Source: Myxococcota bacterium
Lineage (GTDB): Bacteria > Myxococcota_A > Polyangia > Nannocystales > Nannocystaceae
Reading direction: 5' to 3'
Assembly: GCA_039028615.1 (NCBI GenBank)
Contig: JBCCHT010000011.1
Location: 64,001-128,000, forward strand
Length of the DNA: 64,000 nucleotides
The position numbers and the translations under genes were made by a program. The notes under the pieces were generated by a model. It did no database searches and was not told the DNA's origin. It saw only the letters and a program-made list of their open reading frames with translations. Below, piece after piece: positions 39,688 through 52,277 of this stretch. The stretch's first letter is position 1, and every line of letters starts with the position of its first letter.

Positions 39688-40839
39688 ATGGTCGAGCTCG
39701 CCGCCGCGTCCCAGGACCTTCGCACTGTCATCGAGCGGGCCAGTCGTGGCTTGGTCCAACGCGACGTCGCCGTGCAGCTGGTGGTGCTGGCCGCGGTCGC
39801 GCGCGAGCACCTGCTGCTGATCGGCCCTCCGGGCACGGCGAAATCCGAAGCGGTGCGGCGCGTCGCCGCGGGCATCGGCGGGCGCTACTTCGAGTACCTG
39901 GTCGGTCGATTCACCGAGCCCGCGGAGATCTTCGGTCCCGTCGATCTGCAGCGCCTGCGTCAGGGCGTGGTGGAGACCCAGACCGCGGGCATGCTGCCCG
40001 AAGCCGACGTCGCCTTCCTCGACGAGGTGTTCCTCGGCTCGACCGCCATTCTCAACACTCTGCTCGGGGTCCTCAACGAGCGGGTCTTTCGGCGGGGCCA
40101 GACCCAGCTCGATTGCCCGCTGCGGGTCTGCGTGGGCGCCTCCAACACGCTGCCCAACGACCCTGCTCTGGCCGCGTTTTCCGACCGCTTCCTGCTGCAC
40201 CTGTTCCTCGAGCCCATCGCCGATCCCCACCTCGAGACGCTGCTCGAAGCCGGGTGGTCGCTCTCCGACGCGCCCGCGTCGGCCACCGACGCCGAGGGCA
40301 GCCTCCAGTCGCTCGACACGTTGATCCAGGCCTCGCGGGCCATCGACATTCACGCGGTGCGGGGCTCGCTGGCGGAGGCGATCCGCGTGCTGCGAGGCGA
40401 AGGCATCGAGATGTCCGACCGGCGGGTGGTGAAGCTCCAGCGCTTGATCGCCGCCGCGGCGGTGCTCGACGGGCGCACGGTCGCACACGAAGGGGACCTG
40501 TGGCCCGTCATCTTCGCAATCCCGCGCCCGGGCGACCAGGACCGAGCCCGCGACCTGCTGCGTGCGCTGCTCGATCGCTCCACCAACGAGACCCTGCCCG
40601 GCGCGGCCGAGAACGCCTCCCTGGGCCCGTTGGTCCGAGCCCAGCGCCTCGTGAGCGCGGGCCAAGCCCTGCTCGAGACGGACCCCGGAGACGACGCGAC
40701 CGCGCGCCGCCGCCTGCGACTCGAGCTCGAGGGGGTCGGCCGAGAGATCGACGCCGGGTTTGCGCCCGACGCTCTACCCGAAGGGCTCGGGCCGCTGCGG
40801 CAGCGCATCGTGACCAAGACGGCGGAGCTGAGCGATTGA
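39688..40839 (+). CDS. MoxR/RavA-family AAA+ ATPase
   Basis: Walker A GPPGTAKS, EIFGP, Walker B FLDEVF, GASN, AFSDRF. Confidence 0.95.
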   Translation: MVELAAASQDLRTVIERASRGLVQRDVAVQLVVLAAVAREHLLLIGPPGTAKSEAVRRVAAGIGGRYFEYLVGRFTEPAEIFGPVDLQRLRQGVVETQTAGMLPEADVAFLDEVFLGSTAILNTLLGVLNERVFRRGQTQLDCPLRVCVGASNTLPNDPALAAFSDRFLLHLFLEPIADPHLETLLEAGWSLSDAPASATDAEGSLQSLDTLIQASRAIDIHAVRGSLAEAIRVLRGEGIEMSDRRVVKLQRLIAAAAVLDGRTVAHEGDLWPVIFAIPRPGDQDRARDLLRALLDRSTNETLPGAAENASLGPLVRAQRLVSAGQALLETDPGDDATARRRLRLELEGVGREIDAGFAPDALPEGLGPLRQRIVTKTAELSD

Positions 40840-41261
40840 GCCAAGTCCCCCTGCGCTGGTCGACGCGGACGACGGGTGAGCCCATTGCCCCCGAGGGGAT
40901 GCTGGCTCCCGCCACCGTCGTACGACCGCTGCTCGATCGGCTCTTGCGCGAAGACGACGAAGCGCTGGCCCGGCTGCGCATGGTCGCGTCGCCGCGGGTC
41001 GCCGTCGTGCTCGGCGACGCGAAAGACCTGCCGTGGATCGACGGCGTGATCTATCTGCGCCGCGCCAGCCAGGTGTTCGTCCCCTCGTGGCTGGAGCTCG
41101 AGCTCGACGTCGACGTCGCGATCGAGGCCTTGCGCCGCCGAGCGCCGGACCTCGCCCTGCCCGCGACGTGGATCCCCGAGCCCGGCTGGCTCGTCTCGGT
41201 GGCCGACGCCCGTCCGCCGCAGCGGGAGGTCCTGCGCGAGCATCGGGAGGCGTGGTCATGA
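40836..41261 (+). CDS. bpX5-like domain protein (MoxR-vWA-beta-propeller ternary system)
   Basis: TTG overlapping the ATPase stop; LRW...LLDRLL..DDEALARL...VVLGDAKDLPWIDGVIYL pattern recalled for bpX5. Confidence 0.75.
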   Translation: MSQVPLRWSTRTTGEPIAPEGMLAPATVVRPLLDRLLREDDEALARLRMVASPRVAVVLGDAKDLPWIDGVIYLRRASQVFVPSWLELELDVDVAIEALRRRAPDLALPATWIPEPGWLVSVADARPPQREVLREHREAWS

Positions 41262-43081
41262 CCGCGCTGCCCGAGGCCCTGCGTCCGTGGGGCCAGCCCT
41301 TGTCGATGTTCGTACGGCTGGTCCACGAACACATCGGCCCCTGGCTGTCGGCGCTGCGCGACAGTGTGGGACCGATGTGGCTGCCGCGACGCGCCCGCAG
41401 CGGCGATCCCGATGGCGTCGATGGACTCGCGCCCCGGGGCACCTACGATCGTTTACTGCTCTCCGAGTGGGCGATCGCCATGGAGTTTCCCCAGGAGTTC
41501 CTGCGGCGTGCGGTGATGGGTGAGCACATGTTCGTCGCCCCCGCGTTCCAGCAGCCCCACGGGGCCCACACGTCGATCGCCCTTTTGGACTGCGGCCCTT
41601 CGCAGCTCGGTGCGCCTCGCCTGGCTCAGCTCGCGACGCTCATCGTGCTGAGCCAGCGCGCGAAAGAGGCGGGCGCGAAGTTCCGCTTCGGCGTGCTGCA
41701 AGACGAAGAGCACCAGCTCCACGAGCTCGACCGCAACGCCATCTCCGCGTGGCTCCGCGCCCGAACCTGGGCCCCGCCCCCGCGCGACACCACCGTGTGG
41801 AAGGACGCCCTGCAGAGACTCGATGCCAAGGACGCCTGGGTGGTGGGTGCGCCGTCGACCTTGCCCACCGCACGCGCCCTGGGTGCCGGCCTGCTGTCGA
41901 TCGAAGAGCCGGTCTTCGACGCCGAGCGAGTGCTGCACGTGTCGACGCACCCGGTGACCGCCGTGGGGGCCCAGCTCGATCTGCCCTTGCCGCCCGACGA
42001 CGTCTCCGTGCGGATCTTCCGAGCCCCGCTGGCCAGCGCCCCGCGCCGCGCTCGTCGCCCGCACACGCCGGTCGTACCGGGCCAGGTGGGGCAGCTCAGC
42101 TGCGATGGCCGTCGCCTGCTACTCCCGGTCGAAGGCGGCGAGATTCACTCGTTCCACGTTCCGGGCCGGCTCAGCGACAGCGTCGGGCGCACCAAGAAAG
42201 TCGAGTCGCTGTACCAGAGCCGACTCATTGGCGCCGACCTGTGGCAGCGGCGACTGGTGGCGATCTCGCTGGGCGACGACGGGCACGTGCGGCTTCGGGG
42301 CGCGGGCCTGCTGCCCCAACCCCGGTACGACGACTCGAAGACGATCAGCACCGAGGTGTCCACCGGACTGTCCTGGCCGGAGAGCCTGCACATCAACGAG
42401 GGCGGGGTCCTCGAGTTCTATGTCGTTCGGGCCGAGTCCCGGCGGTTCGAGGCCTACCTCTACGATCACCACCAGCAGCTGTGGAACCTCGAGGTCGGCG
42501 CGTCGCCGGGCTCGGATTCACTCGACGAGTGTCACCTCGACGTGCTCGACCGTGGTTGCCGAGGCCTACGACGACTACGGCGAGAGCTCTTCGTGTGGTC
42601 CTCGTTGAGCGCGGGCCGAGTGTGCACGACCTTCTCCAAGCTGAGGCCGCCGCAGGGACTCGATGCCGAGGCGCTCGAGACCTGCGTGTTCGGGGCCTCC
42701 ACCGCCGTCTCCAAGGATGCCTCCCCCGCGGCGTATCCCGATGCCACGGGCTCCAAGTATCGGCTGTGGGGGACGGGCGAGACCACCGAGCTGAGCGTCC
42801 CGCCCGGCTCCGTCATCGGCCTCGATCGAGAGGCGGGCTGGCACGAAGCCAAGCCGATGCTGCTCGTGCTCGACCCCGATCGCCGGACCCTGCGGGCCAC
42901 CAACGCCAAGGGCACGACGGCCATCTACTCGTCCCCCGTCGACATCACCCAGGCCAAGCACGACCCCGCCTGTCGCCGCGTCGTGCTCTTGGGTGAAAAC
43001 GGGGACATCACCGTGTTCGACGTGGGGCTGCGGCAGGTGGTGCTGCAGCTGCCTCGCGCCAGCCGGGAGAAGGCCTCGTGA
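41258..43081 (+). CDS. vWA-like domain plus beta-propeller protein of the ternary system
   Basis: GDPDGVDGLAPRGTYDRLLLSEW...FLRRAVMGE, then ALLDCGPSQLGAPRL (MIDAS-like) and a beta-rich C-terminus; ATGA coupling. Confidence 0.75.
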   Translation: MTALPEALRPWGQPLSMFVRLVHEHIGPWLSALRDSVGPMWLPRRARSGDPDGVDGLAPRGTYDRLLLSEWAIAMEFPQEFLRRAVMGEHMFVAPAFQQPHGAHTSIALLDCGPSQLGAPRLAQLATLIVLSQRAKEAGAKFRFGVLQDEEHQLHELDRNAISAWLRARTWAPPPRDTTVWKDALQRLDAKDAWVVGAPSTLPTARALGAGLLSIEEPVFDAERVLHVSTHPVTAVGAQLDLPLPPDDVSVRIFRAPLASAPRRARRPHTPVVPGQVGQLSCDGRRLLLPVEGGEIHSFHVPGRLSDSVGRTKKVESLYQSRLIGADLWQRRLVAISLGDDGHVRLRGAGLLPQPRYDDSKTISTEVSTGLSWPESLHINEGGVLEFYVVRAESRRFEAYLYDHHQQLWNLEVGASPGSDSLDECHLDVLDRGCRGLRRLRRELFVWSSLSAGRVCTTFSKLRPPQGLDAEALETCVFGASTAVSKDASPAAYPDATGSKYRLWGTGETTELSVPPGSVIGLDREAGWHEAKPMLLVLDPDRRTLRATNAKGTTAIYSSPVDITQAKHDPACRRVVLLGENGDITVFDVGLRQVVLQLPRASREKAS

Positions 43082-45825
43082 TCCGGCCCCGTCAGCTCGT
43101 GTTTCGTGGCCGCGTGATGGCCCAGGGGCTCTTGGTTCGCCGGGCGTTGATCGGCGAGGAGCATGCCCGGCAGCGCGTGTTGGAGCAGGTGCGCGAGGGC
43201 GTTCAGGTCCACGAGATCTCGGCCGGCTACCTGGTGCGGTGGCCCGAGCCCCGCGCGGTCCGAGCCGAAGAGCTCCCCGGCGGCATCGTGGTGAGCCGGT
43301 CGGACCTCTGGCTGGCGCTCCCGCTGCGCGACGATGAAGTCAAATCCTTGGCGCCGGCCTCCGGCAGCTTCGTCCACGCCGAGGGCGGACGGGTCCACGT
43401 GGTGCTGCCCTCGGAGCTTCGTGGAGTCGATCTCGCGGATTGGATCGACGTCGGGCCTCTGGAGGTCCTCGACGTGGAGCCCGTGGTGAAACAGGGAGGC
43501 TTCCCTGTCGCCAGTGGCCCTCGCGTCGCGGCCGACGAAGCACCCAACAACGCGCGCGAGGCCCTCGGCGCCGCCCTGCCCCCCAACTCGAGAGAAGTGC
43601 AGCGCTTGATCGACGCCCTCGCCGAGTCCAAACCCCAGGCCGGGCGCGCGGCGGGGACGATCGACGCGCTCGGTGGACGCACGCCGGGCGTCATGGACTC
43701 GGTGGCCACGTGGCTCGCCCGAGTCCTGGGTCCGAGTTCATCGCGCGCGCTCGTGAGTGGATCGAACGCGGCCGGGTCCCCCGTCACGGTGTCGACCTCG
43801 GCGAGCCGGTCGTCCGAGCCCGGCCGACTGCACAAGCTCTTGGCGCGCTGGGTCGGCGCCTCTCCTCTCTCCGCCCTCATCGGCCACCGCCAGGCTCGCT
43901 ACGTGGAGAAGACGCTGCGCATGTTCGAGCAGGGTCGATTCGACGAGGCGCTGCGCCACGCGATCCCCTTCTCCTCGATCCCCGGCGCCGTCTCGCCGCC
44001 GTCGATGCGCGTGCCGAGCCCTCGCGCCGAGCTCCGACTGACGGCGGCGACCCGGGGCCTACCGCAGTCCTCCCTCAACCTCGGGGATTCGCTCTACGAC
44101 CGGTTCCGAAGGCTCTATCGGGAGGCCGCCCGGGCCCTCGAGAGCGACGGACGCATCGAAGAAGCCGCGTACGTCCTGTTCGATCTGCTCGGAGACAACG
44201 ACAAAGGCATCGCGCTGCTCGAGCGACACGAGCGATACGGGCTCGCGGCGCGCATGGCCGAAGGCAAGGGGATGCCGCCCGGTCAGGTGATCCGGCTGTG
44301 GTTTCTCGCCAAGGATCCCGCGGCGGCGGTACGAGTCGCCCGGCGCACGGGGGCCTTCGCCGACGCGATCTCCCGCCTCGAGGCCAAACATCCCGATCTC
44401 GCGGATCGCCTGCGGGTGCTGTGGGCCGATCGCCTCGCGTCGGCCGGGGACTTCGTCGCCGCCATCGATGCAGTCTGGCCGGTCACCAGCGCGCGCCGCC
44501 TCGCACATCGCTGGATCGATCTCGCGATCGAGTTCGGCGGTCCCCCGGCCATGCGCATGCTGCCGCGCAAGCTCGAGCTGCGGATCGACGAGCCCTCCGC
44601 CGTCTCCGAGGTCGGGCGGGAGATCTCGGCCCTGCTCGATCGCGACGACGACGACGCCCGCGTCCTGCGGTCTCAGCTCGGGCAGGCGTGGCTCGAGATG
44701 AAGCAGCCCTGGCCCCCCGTCGCGCGCGGCCTGGGTCGCGCGTTGGCGCGTCGGCTCTGCGACGACGGGCACCACCGCCAATTCGACCCCGTCGCGCGCA
44801 AGTTCGTCGACGCCCTGCGAGACCCCCTCCTGTCGCTCGATTCGCCCATGGTGCGGATGCCGACGAGCAACGAGACGACGGGCGTCCATGCGTCGCGCTT
44901 CACTCGACACGAGCGAGGCCTACACCGGATCTCCGACGCCGCCCGACTCGCCAACGGTCGCCTGCTCGTGGCGATGGGCGACGCGGGCGTGCGCGTGGTC
45001 GATGCTCGAGGCAAGGTCCTGCGCCGCTACGAACACCCCGCCCAGCGCTTGGTCGTGTCGGACACGGGCACCCGGGCCATCGGCGTATTCACCCGCGGGG
45101 CCGTGCATACGCTGACGCGCTTCGATCTCGTGACCGGGCGGGCCGAACGTTGGTGCGATGCCAACTTCGTGTCGTACGTCGACAGCTACGACGGCGCGAC
45201 CTGGTTCGTCGCGACCGAAGACGCCCTGACCGCCGTGGATGCTCAGTCCCCGGGCTTCGACGCACTGTGGCGCGTCGGGCAGATTCGCGATCCCATCGTG
45301 GCCCTCGCTCGCGACCCCCAGCATGTCGTCTTGGTGGTTCATCGAGACGAGGCTTCGTTGATGGAGGTCTGGCGCTACGAGCTGACGGACAAGGGACCCG
45401 TGCTACGAGAGCGGTCCGATCTCGCGCTGCCGCGCCAGGGCGAACTCATGAGCTTCGAGGCCAGCGCCGCCCCCAGCGGCCGCGCGGTGATGCGAGTCGA
45501 CTACCCCTCCGCCACGGAATGGAAGCCCGATGTCGTCGCGTTCGGGCCCTCGAAGACCACGCTGCAGGCCAACGATCCGCCGGCCGGTACCTACGTCACC
45601 AGCTCGGACCGCAACTTCCTGTGGATCACGACGGCCGAGGACGTCCAGCTGCGCCTGCTCGCCCCGGGGTCGCTCTCGGCGTTTCGCGGCAAGACGGTAC
45701 GGCTCGAGGGCAGCACGCACAGCCGTGTTCGAGTCGAGGGGGAGCGCCTGCTCGTGTGCGACGACCTCGGTCGCATCGTGCACCTCAACCACGAGCTGCG
45801 CGTGCTCGACTACTGGCTGGTCTGA
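43078..45825 (+). CDS. bpX6-like domain + helical region + beta-propeller protein
   Basis: FRGRVMAQGLL...GEEHARQRVL N-terminus; QARYV...MFEQGRFDEALRHAIP; GRLLVAMGDAGVRVVD...PAQRLVVSDTG; GTGA coupling. Confidence 0.75.
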   Translation: MIRPRQLVFRGRVMAQGLLVRRALIGEEHARQRVLEQVREGVQVHEISAGYLVRWPEPRAVRAEELPGGIVVSRSDLWLALPLRDDEVKSLAPASGSFVHAEGGRVHVVLPSELRGVDLADWIDVGPLEVLDVEPVVKQGGFPVASGPRVAADEAPNNAREALGAALPPNSREVQRLIDALAESKPQAGRAAGTIDALGGRTPGVMDSVATWLARVLGPSSSRALVSGSNAAGSPVTVSTSASRSSEPGRLHKLLARWVGASPLSALIGHRQARYVEKTLRMFEQGRFDEALRHAIPFSSIPGAVSPPSMRVPSPRAELRLTAATRGLPQSSLNLGDSLYDRFRRLYREAARALESDGRIEEAAYVLFDLLGDNDKGIALLERHERYGLAARMAEGKGMPPGQVIRLWFLAKDPAAAVRVARRTGAFADAISRLEAKHPDLADRLRVLWADRLASAGDFVAAIDAVWPVTSARRLAHRWIDLAIEFGGPPAMRMLPRKLELRIDEPSAVSEVGREISALLDRDDDDARVLRSQLGQAWLEMKQPWPPVARGLGRALARRLCDDGHHRQFDPVARKFVDALRDPLLSLDSPMVRMPTSNETTGVHASRFTRHERGLHRISDAARLANGRLLVAMGDAGVRVVDARGKVLRRYEHPAQRLVVSDTGTRAIGVFTRGAVHTLTRFDLVTGRAERWCDANFVSYVDSYDGATWFVATEDALTAVDAQSPGFDALWRVGQIRDPIVALARDPQHVVLVVHRDEASLMEVWRYELTDKGPVLRERSDLALPRQGELMSFEASAAPSGRAVMRVDYPSATEWKPDVVAFGPSKTTLQANDPPAGTYVTSSDRNFLWITTAEDVQLRLLAPGSLSAFRGKTVRLEGSTHSRVRVEGERLLVCDDLGRIVHLNHELRVLDYWLV

Positions 45826-45868
45826 AACGCGAAAGACCCCCTGCCCGGAGGCAGAGGGTCCTTGCGTC
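45826..45868. terminator. Probable bidirectional terminator hairpin
   Basis: GACCCCCTGCC-CGGA-GGCAGAGGGTC between convergent genes. Confidence 0.65.
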
Positions 45869-45882
45869 GCGAACGATCTCGC

Positions 45883-48033
<2,151 letters not shown>

Positions 48034-48448
48034 GGTGGAGCTCGGGGCGGTGAGAGGTGCGGGATTCTTCGGCGCTAAATCGTGATGTTCATCTTACGGA
48101 TTTACCAGAATCTAATGGGCGGCCCTCCGCCGTGTCAAGCGAGATACGGTGTTAGGGGTTAACGAAATTCGCGCTTAAATTGGCAGCTAGAGGGCCATAG
48201 CTCGACTTCGCGCATCTGCGGAAAACACACTGGGGGGATCGGGCCCCAACCGTTGTTCTGGGCCAAAACTATTATAACTGAACCCCCGATCGGAGCCTGG
48301 TTCAGAACCGCTCGCGACCCCCTACTGTCACTCCGCAGACCCCCGGTGTCGCGGATGTGCGCACACTAAACGCTGTCAGATCTTCGACTGCGAGTGGCCC
48401 ACCTATGGTGATTCACAGTCGGTTGTTTTCGCGTAGCATCGGCAATCC

Positions 48449-49693
48449 ATGCCTCGCAGCGCGCTCATTTTTTCGGGGCTCGCGGTCGGAGCCATGTCGC
48501 TCATGCTCTGTCAGTGCAAGAGATCGACACCGGCTTGGACCGAAGAAAAGCCTCAACCCAGCTCTGCCAAGTCGTCGAAGGATTCATCGGCCGATGATGC
48601 CCAAGGCACACCCACGGCCACGGTGGCTCCCGGAGTCATCGATCGCAAGAGCATCGAGGCCATCGGTAAAGCAGCCGAGTATTCGCCGCAGGTCGAAGCG
48701 ACGCTGCTCGCGGCATTGGAGCACGAAGACAAGGACGTACGAAGCCAAGCGTGCTGGTCTCTGGGCCGCCTCGGCGCCCACTCCAAGCCCCATGTCCCCA
48801 AGCTCATCGCGGCCTTGGGCGACGATACCTGGGAAGTTCGGCACAACGCCGGATGGGCGCTACGGGCCATCAAGGACGGCGTAGGCCCGCAGGTCATCGC
48901 CGCGCTGGAGCACGAAAACCCGTGGACTCGACTCGAGGCCGCCCGCGTGCTCACCGAGGTCGATCCGAGTCAGCACGACCGCGCGGCCGAGATGTTCATC
49001 GAGGGTCTGGGTGCCGACGACGAGAAGATTCGAGTGGTCGCCGCCCAGGGTCTGGTGAGCCTGGGCGCCGCAGCCAAGGCCGCCGTGCCCCAGCTTCGCG
49101 AGGCAGTCAAGGACGACAACGAGCACGTCCGCAAGACTTCGATCACCGCGTTGGGGCTCATCGGGGAACCGGCCGCCACCGCCGTCCCCGAGCTCATCGC
49201 GGCCATCGGCGACGACAAGCGCTTGGTCCGAGTCGAAGCGATCAACGTGCTGGGGACCTTCGGGGCCCAGGCGATGCCGGCCAAGTCCGCGTTGCTCAGC
49301 GGTCTCGGTGACAAGGACAAGCACGTCGCCAACGCGGCGGCGAACAACATCGGCAAGCTCGGGCCGGAAGTGCTGCCCGACCTGGTGCTCGCGTGCCAGG
49401 ACCAAGAGGCGAAGGTGCGCCAGTGGGCCATCGATGCCGTCGCGCTCTCGCCCCACGTGGACGCCGACACGATCGACGCGATGCGCAAGCTGCTGAAGCA
49501 CGAGTCGTGGGAGACGCGCTTTCGCGCCGCGGTGGCCCTGGACCGCAAGGACGAGGTCGCCCGCCGAGCCGTGCCCGAGCTGATCGCCGCGCTGAAGGAC
49601 CCCGACGACACGGTCCGAGTGAACGCGACCAATGCCCTTCGAACCATCGGAACCCCGGAAGCAGTGTCCGCGCTCCCGAAGGAAACCGGATAA
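48449..49693 (+). CDS. HEAT-repeat (PBS-lyase-like) exported protein
   Basis: Signal with possible lipobox; repeated AVPELIAAL.D....VR..A..ALG. Confidence 0.9.
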   Translation: MPRSALIFSGLAVGAMSLMLCQCKRSTPAWTEEKPQPSSAKSSKDSSADDAQGTPTATVAPGVIDRKSIEAIGKAAEYSPQVEATLLAALEHEDKDVRSQACWSLGRLGAHSKPHVPKLIAALGDDTWEVRHNAGWALRAIKDGVGPQVIAALEHENPWTRLEAARVLTEVDPSQHDRAAEMFIEGLGADDEKIRVVAAQGLVSLGAAAKAAVPQLREAVKDDNEHVRKTSITALGLIGEPAATAVPELIAAIGDDKRLVRVEAINVLGTFGAQAMPAKSALLSGLGDKDKHVANAAANNIGKLGPEVLPDLVLACQDQEAKVRQWAIDAVALSPHVDADTIDAMRKLLKHESWETRFRAAVALDRKDEVARRAVPELIAALKDPDDTVRVNATNALRTIGTPEAVSALPKETG

Positions 49694-49717
49694 GATCGGG
49701 AAGGCTCGCGTTCTTCG

Positions 49718-50395
49718 ATGTCGTCTCCTCCGTCCATCTCGTCTGGTCGTGTGATCCTGGGCCTCGGCGCGCTGGCGATCACCGGGGTGGCCCTGGTGAT
49801 GCTCATGGGCGACGACTCCACGAAGACCTCCACCTGGTCCGACGAAGGGGCAGGCAAGGCGATCGCTTCGGGCGAGTCGAAGGCGCTCGAACCCGACGCC
49901 TTCGAGCGCCGAAAGTCGGCCCAGCGGCGCGGGCAGCCCGACAAGGCCAAGGTCCTCGAGGGCATCGCTCGCACCGCGGAGGCGTTTCGCCCGGCCGACT
50001 TCGGTCAGCTCGACCACGAGTACCGCCCCGACTCCATCGAGCGCCACGCCAAAGACCTCGAGGGTTGGCTCGGCGAGTCCGACAACCGCAAGGCCGCCCC
50101 GAGCCTGATGGAAGTGGACTGCAGCTCGCCGCCGTGCCTCATCAGCGTGGACTTCAGCACGGTCGACATGTCCTTCGTCGAGCGCGCCCGCGAGTATCTG
50201 GCCAATGCGTCCGACCTGGGCGAGCCCGAGCTCATCGTGCGGGGCACCAACCCCGACAAGCAGCAAGTGTGGTTGTTCTGGCCGCCCGGCGAGTCCGGCA
50301 GCACTGGCTACAACGTCTACAAGGAAGCCGCCCGCAAGCGCGTCGTCGAGAAGTGGGAAGACATGCCCAACGACGATCCCAGCATGAACCCGTGA
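49718..50395 (+). CDS. Hypothetical membrane-anchored protein
   Basis: N-terminal TM; EVDCSSPPCLI motif. Confidence 0.7.
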   Translation: MSSPPSISSGRVILGLGALAITGVALVMLMGDDSTKTSTWSDEGAGKAIASGESKALEPDAFERRKSAQRRGQPDKAKVLEGIARTAEAFRPADFGQLDHEYRPDSIERHAKDLEGWLGESDNRKAAPSLMEVDCSSPPCLISVDFSTVDMSFVERAREYLANASDLGEPELIVRGTNPDKQQVWLFWPPGESGSTGYNVYKEAARKRVVEKWEDMPNDDPSMNP

Positions 50396-50479
50396 CACGG
50401 AAAGCCTGGCCCGTGAACAGCTCACCTGAAAACGCAGCGACCATCTGTAACGCAACGCGGGCCGTCGTCGAGGTCAGTC

Positions 50480-52135
50480 ATGGGTGACACGCTCCAGCGC
50501 CTCCGCGCCGCCGCGACGCGCCCCGTCGATGGCGCGTCGCTGCTGATGTTCCGCATCGCCTTCGGCCTCATCATCTTCTGGGAGGTGATGCGCTACACCA
50601 ACAACGGCTGGGTCAAGGCCTACTACCTCGACACCGAGTTCCGCTTCAAATACTGGCCCTTCGATTTCGTCGAGCCCTGGGGCGGCGACGGGATGTACTG
50701 GCAGTTCGGCATCCTCGGCGTGGCCGCGCTCGCGATCATGACCGGCTTCCGCTATCGGATCGCCTCGGTCGTCGCGTTCTTCTCCCTCGCGTACATCTTC
50801 CTGCTCGACCAGGGGCGCTACCTCAACCACTTCTACCTGGTGGTCTTGGTCTCGTTCCTGATGATGTTCCTTCCCTTCGATCGGGTGGCCTCGCTCGATC
50901 CGTGGAAGCGCAACCCGCCGGGCACGATGCCCGCGTGGGTTCTGTGGTTGATGCGATTTCAGATCGGCGTGCCCTACTTCTTCGGCGGCGTCGCGAAGAT
51001 CAACGGCGACTGGCTCCGCGGCCAGCCGCTGACCGCCTGGCTGAGCAACAAGGGCGACTTCCCCGTGCTCGGCCCGCTCTTCGAGAACGAGACGATCGGG
51101 TTCAGCATGGCCTACGGCGGCCTGATGCTCGACCTGTGCGGGGTCTTCCTGCTGATGTGGCGCAAGACCCGGGTGCCGACCTTCATCGTCATCGTCAGCT
51201 TCCACCTCACCAACTCGGGGCTGTTCAAGATCGGCATCTTCCCGTGGATGATGATGGCGGCCACGCTGCTGTTCTTCCCCGCCGACTGGCCCAAGCGAAT
51301 CTGGAGAGACCTGCGCAACGAGAACCGCCGCGCGTGGATCGGGGTCTTCATCGGAGCGGGCATCGGCCTGATGCTCGGCAACCACTTCCCCAGCACCGAC
51401 TCGTCGATGCACGGGATGATCATGGCCCTGGTCGCCGCCTTCATCGGCTATCAGCTCGCCGTGCCCGGCCTCGCCAACACCCCGGTCACCGAGACCACCA
51501 CCGACGCGGCCGCGGACGCAGACGGCGAGGACGAAGCCGAGCCCGACACCTCGGACGTCGCCAAGACCTCGGAAGACACGGACACCTCGGGCACCACCCT
51601 CGCCACCCCCGCTCCGCTGGCCGTCATCCCCACCATCGCGCTGATGGTGTGGTGCTCGCTGCAGATCCTCGTGCCCCTGCGCCACTTCGCCTACCCGAGC
51701 AACGTGCACTGGACGGAGGAGGGGCACCTGTTCGCCTGGCACATGAAGCTCCGACAAAAGCGGGGCAAGATCATCTTCATCGTCACCAACAAGGAGACGG
51801 GAGAGTCGTGGCGGGTCGACCAACGGAAGATGCTCAGCAAGAAGCAGGCGACCCGCATGTCGGGGCGACCGGACATGATCGTCCAGTTCGCGCATTACCT
51901 GGCCGACGGGCTCGAGGCGGAGCATGGTGCTCCCTTCTCGGTGCATGTGCGCTCGAAGGCTCGCCTCAACGATCGCGACTGGGCGCCGCTGATCGATCCG
52001 GGCAAGGACCTCACCGAGGTCACGCGCCCCTGGGTCCCGCCCGTGGCGTGGATCAACCCCTACCCAGCCGCCCCCCGCGAGCCTCGAGCCGACGAGGGCA
52101 AGAAGAAGGGCAAGAAGAAGCAGGCCGGCAAGTAA
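50480..52135 (+). CDS. HTTM-domain protein, vitamin-K-dependent gamma-carboxylase-like
   Basis: DGASLLMFRIAFG, YLNHFYL, YFFGGVAKINGDWLRG, FHLTN..LFKIGIFPW, WTEEGHLFAWHMKL, PDMIVQFAHYL, LIDP..DL. Confidence 0.92.
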   Translation: MGDTLQRLRAAATRPVDGASLLMFRIAFGLIIFWEVMRYTNNGWVKAYYLDTEFRFKYWPFDFVEPWGGDGMYWQFGILGVAALAIMTGFRYRIASVVAFFSLAYIFLLDQGRYLNHFYLVVLVSFLMMFLPFDRVASLDPWKRNPPGTMPAWVLWLMRFQIGVPYFFGGVAKINGDWLRGQPLTAWLSNKGDFPVLGPLFENETIGFSMAYGGLMLDLCGVFLLMWRKTRVPTFIVIVSFHLTNSGLFKIGIFPWMMMAATLLFFPADWPKRIWRDLRNENRRAWIGVFIGAGIGLMLGNHFPSTDSSMHGMIMALVAAFIGYQLAVPGLANTPVTETTTDAAADADGEDEAEPDTSDVAKTSEDTDTSGTTLATPAPLAVIPTIALMVWCSLQILVPLRHFAYPSNVHWTEEGHLFAWHMKLRQKRGKIIFIVTNKETGESWRVDQRKMLSKKQATRMSGRPDMIVQFAHYLADGLEAEHGAPFSVHVRSKARLNDRDWAPLIDPGKDLTEVTRPWVPPVAWINPYPAAPREPRADEGKKKGKKKQAGK

Positions 52136-52277
52136 CGGGGCGGCAGTCGCACCGCGCGACGTTGCGAAGCGCAACGCCGTGCGGGCGCACGACTGGGGCT
52201 CGGCGCCTCGGGCCTTGAAAATTCGACGTTTTTTCGGGGTCGCCGGATTGGATCGGCTTTCGCTTCGTCCGCCCCCC

